Positions 14,828 to 26,700 of a DNA stretch of 64,000 nucleotides are shown here, piece after piece. The notes below the pieces were generated by a model. The model did no database searches. It was not told the origin of the DNA and saw only the letters and a program-made list of their open reading frames with translations. Both the position numbers and the translations under genes were made by a program. The DNA is from Enoplolaimus lenunculus. Taxonomy: Eukaryota. Location of the stretch: positions 310,001-374,000 of the forward strand of contig JASANG010000611.1 of the NCBI GenBank assembly GCA_030248215.1, read 5' to 3'. The stretch's first letter is position 1. Every line of letters starts with the position of its first letter.

Positions 14828-14900
14828 GGCCGCGTGGTGTAATGGGTAGCGCGCTTGACTCGCGAGCGAGAGGTCCGAGGTTCGATTCCCGGCGTGGCCA
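14828..14900 (+). pseudogene. Second copy of tRNA-derived SINE head (CGC anticodon)
   Basis: Copy of 14542-14614 at offset 286 with the same upstream ~30 nt and downstream ~85 nt. Confidence 0.6.
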
Positions 14901-17599
14901 TATCTTTCGGAGAAATTTAGGAGAAAAATCAAATATATTCGCAGTACTTCGGAGGAAGGGGTCGTCCCGACCGTGCAGTTCTGACAAGTTGAAAGGTGTG
15001 AGGTCCCTTGGTTCCTACCTAGACTGACAAATACAATTATTTTATATGAATGCACCGGTACTTACAGGCCTCTTTCCGCTGCACACCGGCCTCCCCTATG
15101 ATTCACTACAGAGGCTATCCATCCTTCCTCTGAAATACATCTTTAGACTTCCAACCTTGTAGAGTTCCGCGGCCCGTGAACAACTAGCTAAACAATTAAG
15201 TGTTATTCATTTGTTCCGGAAACTGTACTATTGTCCCTTTTCCCAAATCAAAACTTGTAGTGAAATTTGAATCGAAGTACTGATCAAGAGACGGAGATAT
15301 GAAATTTTTGAAAAAATATAACAATGAAACACCGGGAATTATGCCATACTGTTTGATCAGCTCCTGCCTTGAGAATTCAAGCATAACGGGTTTATATATT
15401 GAAGCAAAGAATCGGATAAACCAACGCGAAATTAATTAAGCATTCTCTTTGAAAAGCCAGTGAACCTCAACCTAAACCTTAAGGCGTTTGAAAACGTTGA
15501 CCGTATAAAAACATATGACAGGGCTTTTGAGGCGAAACTGCTCTGTGCATGTCTTTAAACGCTGGTTGCGGCGTCCAGCCAGCTGGTGGAATAGTACTGA
15601 CATGACCAATGCTAGTTTTGGCTAATAAAACCGAGAAATTAAAAAGTAGTGAATACCGCTAGTTTTACTAATTCTGCCTGCAGATAGCGATTACTGAGTG
15701 CTGCTATCTTGTCACTTCACAGACAATTCATCAAGCATAACAATTCCCATAAACCCTTGTTTAATTACGATGGCGTTAAACAATTGGGATTTCGTCAACA
15801 AAAACATGCGTGCACATCTTCTCTACTGCGTCAAGGCAATGCCTATGACAAACGACAGGTGCTATATTGGCTCTGGTATCGCGCTGCGTATGATGCGCCC
15901 ATCACTTAAACGATATAATACACAATTTTGTGGTGTTATTTTTACCCAAACATTTTTATTTTATGCATTTTCTCCAAGCATACATATGCAGCAGTGAGCA
16001 TTCAGGTTGTCAAACGAATCTACTCCAACTATAGTTTTATGCGCGGGAATCAGTGGCTTCAGAAACTTGTCACTTGTACATAAGAATGTCAGACTGGCTA
16101 CGCTACTAATGTTAAACATAAATTGATTCGCTCGCTGCGCTCGCTTGCAAACACCTACGTAAGTATATATTTAAAAGAGGTGATATATTATACTGTCCCG
16201 ATGTGAGAAATCCTCGCTTCATCCCTTGCTGAAATTCACGTGCTGTGACTATTAAAAGTGGCGTGCATGCGCGCCTTTCGCATTGCTTCGGTTTCTTATG
16301 TGAACAATGTTTCAGCTTTGTATGTAAAATATGAACCATTAAACCATTACGACAAAATGTCAAAACAGTTTGTGTGCTTCGCGCGAATTGTAGAATGCAA
16401 GGTATGGGTTTACTGTTCTTCGCTCAATCTCGGGAGAATCTGCCAAAAATATATCCTGAGGACCTGAGAGGAGATCCCTACCTTTTGAAATAACACTCCG
16501 CCGCAGGGTTGTATTACACCTTGTAGAGAATGGTTGATGAATGTTTAAACTGTGACAAAACGATGTTGAAACATCTATGAAATTGGTTTTTTCATGCCAT
16601 CCATCGGGAACAAAGTCTCGCTCAAGTGTCAGGGGCGCTGATTTAGGTTTTGTAATACCTATTCGATTAGATTTAACATGGGCTGCTTTTGTTACCTGTA
16701 GCCTAGATAAACCTGAACCTGGGGCAGATGTAATGTCTTTTGCATTGAAAAGGCATGATTTTAATCGACATGTTTTGGCTAACTAATTCTTGGATCATTA
16801 ACTATTAACTTGCCATCCACGTTATATTGTCTACAGTACTGAAAAAATTATACCCACATTCGAGTCCCTAAGTTCGTAGTTGCAGTGTTTCCAAATTTGA
16901 TATCCAAAAGTCTCCCACATCCAGTGTGCACCCACCTGACAACTGGCAGACCCTCTAAACGGCGTATACTTCGTCTTATAATTGCACATACACATGCCAT
17001 TTTGTCAATACGTCAAAGAATGGACAACTGTTTTGTCCTGAATCTGTCAGAAAGGTCTCTGCTTTTTACACTCTGTGTAGCAACGTATCGAGAAATTCGT
17101 CAAGTGACAACTCGTGGACCGACAATGGACGACTCGTCGACTCGCAACTGGTCGCTTGTCAGTAGGTACGACTACTCTTCGTTCCGACAGGCGATGAATT
17201 GTCAGGACGACGAGTTGTCGGGGCCGACGAGTTATCGGGGTTACAAGTTGTCACAGGGTCGACGAGATGTTGGTCGTTAAGCTGTCATACGACGAATTGT
17301 GGTAGACTCGCTTAGGGATTATACTGTCTCTCCGAACGAACTCCTACTGTGCCTAAAAGTCGAAACAGTATTTACGTTATCACGACGAGCTCCGAAGGGA
17401 CAACCGGCAAAATACATTAACTTTACTCGCTATTTAAAATCCTAAATATCACATGAATATTACTTTGTACTCCCCTTGCAGCAACGCGTGTGGAAACTTT
17501 TTTACAGCAGCGTAGACAGTATAATCGTTGTTGTTCCAGCTTTAAATAATATATTATATCTGCAAATATAGAACATAAACCATATTAAATCTATTAACA

Positions 17600-17794
17600 A
17601 TGATGCTAGAGAGTTTTATTCGAAAACTCAGATACGTTTCGCATCCTCGTGGTGAAGATTTCATTGATCGGCTGCATTATTTGTTTACCGCAAATGTTAT
17701 AATTGCACTCAGTGTTGTAATGAGTTACAAGACGTTCGCAAGTAAACCTATCGAATGCGCGTTTGTATCTGTATTTCCAAGCGCTTGGGAAAGT
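17600..17794 (+). CDS. Innexin alternative first exon A (N-terminus, TM1, start of EL1)
   Basis: MMLESFIRKLRYV..DFIDRLHYLFTAN..KPIEC..FPSAWES, then GTAAGT donor, phase 0, 65 codons. Confidence 0.85.
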
Positions 17795-20700
17795 GTAAGT
17801 TTTCTTTACATTCGACTTGAAAGACCAGTGATTGTTTGCATACCTCAATTTGATCTGTAGTAAAAAGTAACATATATGTTTTAAAGCTTTATACTTTAAA
17901 TATTTTTTCCGTTTCCATTATTTTGACCACCGGTTTCATTTTCTGAGCAGAATTTGACGCTGGAGGAGTCGAATTTTGACTCAGTTTGTGTAGTCAGAAA
18001 AAGCCTATTTCGCAGAGAGTCAATTTGACTCACCACTTTTTGCAGTGTAGGTATCATTTTGAAACTTTAGCATAGATATACCATATAGCTAGCAGATGCG
18101 TACGGCATATAAATGAAAAACTGAAAACAGATTTTAATAAATATCAAATGTAGACCGCTGTTTTCAGTATATGCTAGCATCCGGGTTTAAACAGTTGATG
18201 GTAGAAATGAAAACAATTGCTGCAACACAACACCCAGCATGGGATTTTGGTGATAGAACTATACGATTATATAAAATTTCAAATTAAATTTAGCCATTTG
18301 CCGGGTTTGGTTGCATAAATAATTTCGGTATAAATCAAAAATTTAGCGCTTGCTATCAAACTGCTGTGGAATTTGGTTTGGAATTGTGTAAAGCTCTAGT
18401 TCGTTTGTTCTATGCATTGATACAGCCGTGTAATCATGACAAAACCTGATCTTCACAAGGCAAGTCATTTTTCATAAAACCTAAAACTAAAAAATACATA
18501 AAATATAATTTAACTGCGATGGTTCTGCCGAATATTGCCATGATTTCTTAAAATATAGAAGTAAAAAAGTACGGCAATGGTTTATAAATTGCAAAAATTA
18601 GCAAATTCAGCATTAACTGCATAATTTTGTCACACCTTCGGCCGTAATTCCAGTTGCGGCTCCAACCCATTTGCTAAATATCCGGCTTTGGCTCCGGTAT
18701 TTTTTAATTTCGGATTCTCGCTTTTTATACTTTTCTGATCAATTGTCAAATAGAATATACCTAAAACTTAAAATACAGAAGTAACTTCTTTTTCTTGGAA
18801 CATTAATATGACTTTCAATTTTGACGTTTGTGCTTGGCCCTGGTTCTAATACAATTAGACTGGGACTTTAAACGCGGGTAAACGCGTGTCGGGTAAAAAA
18901 TTTCAGCCAGCGGCTTGTATTTACCCACGGGTAGAAGATTTGTATCATGCGGGTGAAAAATTGACATTTTTTACCCGCGCAAAATATTTAAGAGCTAAGG
19001 TGCATCACATACGCTACTAACTTTACTTACCCAGTCCGTGAGCGTTGAAAAGCAAAAGTTCTGTGTTTTATAGTTGGGTTTGAAATTACGTTGTTTTTAG
19101 TAGGCTGTGCTGTGTAAAATTCATTGGAGCTATAACGCAAAACTACATTAAATGCAAATTACCAGCGATCTTTAAAATACTGGTTTAACTTCACGTGCGA
19201 GTAAAAAGTGGGTCGTCTATAGTTCTTTAAGTGTGGGTAAACCCGCGCGTAAAAAATTCTTCATTGCCTGGGTGAATGCGTGCCGGGTAACAAATCCTTA
19301 CCCACATGCCACTCTGCTTGCAATGACTCATTGAATTCATAAAGTACAAGACATAAGCATAATCCGATTTTATCAATTCAATAATTTCAAGTACCCCTTG
19401 TGACCATAATCTTTGCGTTCTTTGTCGCAAACTGCGACAGAAGAAAAGCATTAAAGCTTGCTGCATTTACGGTTCTATTTGCATTGCATCACCACCGTTT
19501 GCAGAAAGACTCTCACTGTAAGCTACTACTGCTTTGAATTGCTTTGCGCTCAGGGGCGTACCTACAACAGGAGAAATAGCGGCCAGCGGGGATATAACCC
19601 CAATCGAAATGTGTTTAACGACGGCGAAATCACATTTTAACAGAGTTTATACTAACTCTATACATCCTGCACTGATGGTATATAATCACTCGAACTGAAA
19701 TCCTGGTTACACCTCTGATAGCGCTCCTGCAAGACTTGCAAAGCTTTAGAACGCATTCTGCATTCACAACTTTTTTACTTTGCAAATTATATTTTGTTTA
19801 CTCGAAGCGAACGTAATTTTTGTTTAGTTTTTTTGTGTGTGCTTTCAAAGTGTTTAATATAGAAGGTTACTTTGCTGTTTTAAAAATCGTAGCCTGCAAT
19901 CCAATTGGCTCTTCTATGTCATGGATTTATAGGCAGACCGCCTAGCTTGCTCAGCATGCTTTGCTGGTATTAGGGGTCAAAAATTCAGGTCAGGCGTGCT
20001 GGTACTTCTTGTGAAAAAATAATCGTATTCAGTAACATGCATAAAATCGGACAATCAGTTTTACATTAGCCATCGCAATAGTCAAGCACACACAACTTTG
20101 AAACATGTAGAGGCCTGCAAGTTAACGACGTGAGCCAGATCACCTTGTTAAAAAAGGCTAAAAATTTATAGAATTGGCATACAAGAGTTTTCGTTGATTT
20201 ACAAACGAGGTAGAAATTTCAATAGTTGTAGTTCATAACGTTTCCAAGAAGGGCTTGCATCCTCCGGCCCTAGTCTGACTTCAGGCCCAAAATTCTGTGT
20301 CATAAATGTTAGAAAGAACAAAAAGCTATAACAGCAAGCATTGTTGTTTCAAATTAATACTATAGTTAAGCATCATATAGTAATGAATAAGTTTATTTTC
20401 CTAGGTACCATTTGTAGGTTTGGTTTGTTGCACATCGAACATCGGAAAACGTACTATGAAATTTTGAGTGTCGTTATTTTAAGTTTATGTAGTCAAAAAA
20501 TCCATTTATATTTTATATTTGTTTCACTCCAGGGGGCACTTTGGTATCCAAACACTGCAGCCATATGCGGTGGATATTTTTTATAAAACTAATTCATGTA
20601 CAATATTCATATATTTTTTAGGCCAAACAGCTAAAACTTTTTGAAATGTTTGCAACTGGTAAGGCTGCGTTGGTTGGTTATGTTCAACTGGAAACATTTA

Positions 20701-23700
20701 TTTTTACGTTTAGTGTAGATTAAAATTGGTTTCTTATAACGTTAGTCATACGAGCAATATATATTATATTGGGTTGGAACGGGCCAGGTATTTTGCCCAC
20801 CATACTCAGCCCAGGCCGGGCCGCTTGGGCAAGGGTCCGCGAATTTCATATAGGTTTAGAGCAGAAAACAATCTTTTTCACCAAATACTGTTCAGTCCAG
20901 CTTCCTTCAGAGGAACAAGAGCTCCAACGACAGACAAATGCAAAAGGATGCTAGTCCCGGTTACTACGTTGCCACTGTTGGACAGCTACCCTTTCGGCCA
21001 ATGTTACTCTGAGGGGCGTCCCGTTTTCCCGCGGGACAGCAACATTCCAGCACTCCTGCCCATATATTTGGGCTTGGACGGAGGGACAGCTTCGAACCTG
21101 TGTTTTTGCAAGGTCGGGCGGGAAAGCAGACAGCTTCGAGCATGTGTGTTCTGGTTGGGTCGGGCGGGACAGCCCGGACACCTTCGAGCCTATGTTTTTG
21201 CTGGGTTGGGCGGATAGCCCGGACAACTTCGAATCTATGTTTTTGTTGGGTGGGGCGGGACAGTTGGGACAGCTTCGAGCCTATGTTTTTGCTGGGTTGG
21301 GTGGGATAGCCGGGACAGCTTCTGGCCTATGTTCTTGCTGGGTCGGGCCGAGACACCTTCCAGCGTGTGTTTTCGTTGGGCCGGTCGGAACAGCTGGGAC
21401 AGCTTCGAGCCTATGTTTTTGCTGGCTCGGGTGGAACAGCCGGCACAGCTTCGAGCCTATACGATTTTGCTGGGTCAGGTGGGACAGCCGGGACAGCTTC
21501 GAGCGTGTGTTTTCGTTGGGTCGGTCGGGACAGTCAGGACAGCTTCGAGCCTATGTTTTTGCTGGGTCAGGCGGGACAGCCGGAAAAGCTTCAAGCCTAT
21601 GTTTTTGCTGGGTCGGGCGGACAGCCGGGACAGCTTCGAGCCTAAGTTTATGCTGGGTCGGTCGGGACAGCTGGGACAGCTTCGAGCGTGTGTTTTCGTT
21701 GGGTTCGTCGGGACCTTCGAGCGTGTGTTTTCGTTGGGTCGGTCGGGACAGTCGGAACAGCTTCGAGCCTATGTGTCTCCTGGGTCGGATGGGCCAGCCG
21801 GGACCGCTTCGACCATATGTTTTTGCTGGGTCAGGCGGGACAGCCGGGACAGCTTCGAGCGTGTGTTTTCGTTGGGTCGGTCGGGACAGTCAGGACAGGT
21901 TCGAGCCTATGTTTTTGCTGGGTCAGGCGGGACAGCCGGGAAAGCTTCAAGCCTATGTTTTTGCTGGGTCGGGCGGGACAGCTGGGACAGCTTCGAGCCT
22001 ATGTTTATGCTGGGTCGGTCGGGACAGCCGGGACAGCTACGAGCGTGTGTTTTCGTTGGGTCGGTCGGGACAGTCGGGACAGCTTCGAGCCTATGTTTTT
22101 CCTGGGTCGGCGGGCAGCCGGGACCGCTTCGACCCTATGTTTTTGCTGGGTCGGGCGGGACAGCCGGGAAAGCTTCAAGCCTATGTTTATGCTGGGTCGG
22201 TCGGGACAGCCGGGACAGCTGCGAGCGTGTTTTCGTTGGGTTCGTCGGGACACCCGGGACAGCTTCGAGCGTGTGTTTTCGTTGGGGTCGGTCGGGGCAG
22301 CCGGAACAGCTTCGAGTCTATGTTTTTGCTGGGTCAGGCGGGACAGCCGGACAGCTTCGAGCGCGTGTTTTCGTTGGGTCGGTCGGGACAGCTTCGAGCC
22401 TATGCTTTTGCTGGGTCGGGCGGGACAGCCGGTACAGCTTCGAGCCTATGTTTTTGCTGGGGCGGTCGGGACAGCCGGGACAGCTTCAAGCCTATGTTTT
22501 TGCTGGGTCGGGCAGGACAGCCGGCACAGCTTCGAGTGTGTGCTTTTGCTGGGTCAGGCGGGACAGCCGAGACAGCTTCAAGCGTTTATTTTCGTTGGGT
22601 CGGTGGGGACAGCAAAGACATTTTGTACCCTATGCTTTTGCTGGATTGATCGGGACAACCGGGACAGCTTGCAGTTCACTCTTGCGTTATGCAGTGTACC
22701 TCAACCTGTAAGTAGTGTAGAGGTAATGAAATTTTTTTAGATCCAGTAGTCGTCCGCTTCTTTTAGGTATATTGTTGCAAAATATAAATAACAGGGATCT
22801 ATCATTCCTGTTTGCAACGATGTAGCGATTTTTAAGGCTTAGCTGTTTGAAAATGTATTTGAAACACAATAACAGTGTTAATACAATTTCGACATATGCG
22901 TAAGTTGCCTAGTGCGTGTGTGGGTTGGAGGGGCACAACCCCTTTGAGAACACAATAAAAGACAATTTCCTGAGGTAAAACCTTCCATTCTCTGCATGGA
23001 CAACTTGTTAAATTACGTTCTCAGGGAGGCTCGCAACATTAAGGGACCCTAAGCAGGATGGGAGCTACCGCCCCAAGCCCCTCGCACTAAGCGGTTCTCA
23101 CACTAAGCTGCAAAGACAAAGTCAAAAAATTTTGCTATGAATTGCTTTGTGTGGGGTTCGGGGGTCGACATCCCATGGAAAACGCAATAAAAGAAAATGT
23201 TTTTGTGTCAGGGTTCTATACATGGGCCTGGTCCACGCTGCCCCGGCTGTCCCAACCGACCCAGCAAAAACATAGGTTTGGAGCTGTCCTATCTGTCCCA
23301 AAACACCCAGCAAAAATATAGGTTTTAGCTGTCCAGGCTGTCCCGACCGACCCAGCAAAAATACGGGCTCGAAGCTGTCCCGACCGACCAAGCAAAAATC
23401 GGGCTCGAAGCTGTCCCGACCGACCCATAACAAACAGGTTGAAGCTGTCCCGACGAACCCAGCAAAAACGGCTCATGTATTTAAAGTTCGAGGATAGGGT
23501 GACATTCGATCGAATCTCTGTTGCAATGGTTTTAAACCAGCCGAAAATAAACCAAATCAACTTAATTTCAGGGGGCCAAAGCAAGTATTTATTAGTCAGT
23601 AACAATCTTCTAAACGAAATACCTAGAACTATTAAGGCAGTTGTATAATGAATAACGATTTCTACAATTGTATGCCTTTACGCTCCCAACAATCACCCTG

Positions 23701-26700
23701 TATGTCAGGGAACTTCCTTTAGCGCAACAAGTTAAAACAAGTGCTTAAGAAACAAAATTGAGGTTCGGAAACCCAAAAACACAAAATCGAGTTTCTGATA
23801 TCAAATAAAAAATTTAATTGCAGATATCCTTATAAATATCCTGCAAGAATTGCCGGATATCTGGATACGAAAAATACCCGATACATATCACTACTGTCAA
23901 TCGTTTTGGAAGCCCGTCAAGTTTTTGTTTTGCAACAGTGGGGGGGCGAAAATGCCTACCACGTTTTATACTCAAAAACTGGGGTGAACAGTAGACACCC
24001 AACCCCCACGAGATCGGCACCCATAACATGAGCTACGATATACTTAATAGCAGTATTGTGACTAAACAGTGTGAAAATAAACAACTTAATATTGTGTAGT
24101 GTATACAGCAAACCATGGAAAAATATAAAAAAGCGATGAATAGTCATTTATTGTAATTTTCATATTTTTGAATCGAAAACCGATCGTGTGATAAGGTTGT
24201 TTTTCATGCGTATCAATTATGAATGGTATATAAGAAATGGCACCGGTTGGTTAGGCCCTGACAAATAACGTGCTGGCTCCGGCTCCGGGATCGGAGCCGG
24301 GGCCCGGCCGCGCCATTTGCAACAACCACGACGCACCGGAAGAAGATATAGAGACTAGGGCGTCCCCACGGGGGGCACTGGGGGGCCGTTCCCGCTCAAA
24401 TATAATTTTCCTACGGACGCCCTTGTGAGACATTAGATTCAGAAAGGTCGATTCATGACATACGCGCAACAAGGAAGAGGCAAAGCTGCCCCCCCTTCAG
24501 GGTACCAACCTGAAAAATTTGGTTTGTGATGTTTTAATGATTAAAGATCAATTAATATTGCAATTTCGGTCGATTATATAAGATTGGACTCGGTCACATC
24601 ACAACAATATACAAATGTTTAAGATTTCCAAATGCTAGCGAATATAGGCACTTCTGTACAGCAATGTAGGTATGATTTATGCAAGTACATATAAAGTTTG
24701 TACATCTAAAATTTTTTTTGCATTTATTAACGGTTTGGAGAGGCAGGTTTCTGATCGTATTAAATGCTTTACGGAGTCCTCGTTGACCATCCTCGTAGTT
24801 ACATTACGCACGATACCGGAACACTATTCAGATATACTGGCATAAAAATGATTCAAAATTTCTAACGTCTAACGTATACTGAAACCTTAAATCTCCGAGC
24901 TTTCCGCCCTGTGAAATACGATATACAATCACCAACAACGTCATACATTCAACGAATAAACAGTATTGGGCCAAGATCACGACACGGAGTTGTATGTTTA
25001 CAGAGCGACAAGTATTTTTATATGGTGGCAAGAAAAAACATTTCTAAGATAGAATTTTTTATTCTGTCGATAAACTTTTCGCTTTGTTGAACGAAGACGT
25101 TCGTACCAAAAACGGCGGTTCACCCTCTGCCCGCTTTGTCGCGCCCGCCACCGTTTATCGATAGCTTGCCGCCATGCCTGGGCATACAAAAATTCGATCT
25201 GCTGTGAACGCTCAAATTCTACCGTTTTTTTATATATATATAGTACGCTATCTAAACAATTTTTAAAAAATATAAGGCTGGTTTAACGCTTTGATGACAG
25301 CGCTATTTAATTCATATTGATGTATTAGTTTGAATTTAGTGCAACATGCGATAGATTACTTTTAAATTTTAGATTTAATAATATATTCGGTTGTCAATGT
25401 TTTTCCGTGATGCTCTACGATGTTTAGCCGCATGCTGTAGAAACGCTATGGACTGCAAAGGTCCGGAGCCGCCACCCCCATAGCCCCATTCACGAGGACC
25501 GCGGACCCCCGCCCTGGAGTTTGGGGGCAGCCACCACCCCACCTCTGTTCCGGCACTGCCTATGGTTAAACTATATACACTTTAAATTGGTTATGAGGAA
25601 CTTTTTTACGGACACATCAATCCCGATGTATCAAATGTATGAAACGGTCTCCTGTCCCCCGAACACAAAACAGAACATAGGTAGACATACCGAACATAAA
25701 TATAGGCGACGCACAATTAATCCTAGCAAGGGCAGCAGCGGATCAACAAATTTTTGATGATGAGCTCGCAATACATAGCTACCGAAAGTTCGCGATCGAG
25801 AAGCCAAACGCTATTTTAGTAATAAATTACCAATACAAAACGTTGATTTTGCCGTCGGTCCTAAAGGAAATTCAGATCCCTTGATAACACGCGCCCTTTG
25901 TTTTTAAGCGTTTTACATTCTGTGAAGACGCAGTAAGGAACCGATATAGGTAGAAATGTTCATCTGCGAAAAACCAGGTGAATTTTTTTATTAAATGTAT
26001 GGGCCAATATATGAAATACTAATAAGTACTTTTGGCTGGTTTACTGTTTGGGATACGTCCAAATATAAGTAAAATTAAGTAATTAGCTAAACAGAGGTTA
26101 CTTATGCAATGATACAAATTGCCTCTTTTGTGCAAGATAATAGTTTGTCGACCTTAACCCCTTCTCACATTGAGTTGCCTGTAGGCAACTCAGCCCAGTG
26201 TATATACGTTAAATAATTTATATCGCACGGTGTTTAACAATTGCAACACGTAAACATAGTACTAAATCACCTCAAGACGGGAGAGCCCCCTCGGGTTCGA
26301 GCGTCAAGCTCATATAGCTGAGTGATGATGGTATACGCCTCCCACTCCAGTCACTGGAGTTCAAATCCTAGCATAAAAGTAGGCCTCAGGCGAAATAGAA
26401 AAAATTCATGAGAAAGGGTTAATAGTGGATTTAATCGATCCCTAGATAGGTTGACGAAACTCCAGGATGGGGGCTTCAAACTCGCGAGCGAGAAGCCAGA
26501 CGCTGGAGCTTCCCCACATGGGATGTATGGGGTGAGGTGGCTGCTCCTGCGCTGACAGTCCCTAAAAGTGCCTTTTTGGGGGTTTTATCGCGCCCTTGAA
26601 CGCGCCCTGCAGATCTTAGGATTTTATCGGTGTAAAACGACTGTTTCTTTTGCGCTTAATCGTCTACTATTGTTCACATTAATACACGGTAGTGAGTGGA

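Noticed and set aside
14542..14900. Functional tRNA-Ala(CGC) genes
   Set aside because: T stem has two mismatches, the anticodon stem has one, there is no terminator, and the flanks are duplicated with the unit
14236..15055. Minus-strand ORFs of 168 and 183 aa
   Set aside because: Antisense to the duplicated tRNA-derived element; no recognisable domain
16258..16401. Fourth innexin first exon (KQF..IVECK followed by GT)
   Set aside because: Lacks a hydrophobic TM1 and the DRL/T.N motifs; the donor is not at the homologous codon
21065..22670. CRISPR-like appearance of the regular repeats (also 36810-39843)
   Set aside because: No unique spacers, no cas genes, and a eukaryotic intronic context
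21144..22740. Long ORFs of 501, 460 and 350 aa
   Set aside because: All three forward frames are open because the satellite unit lacks stop codons; translations are permutations of the repeat
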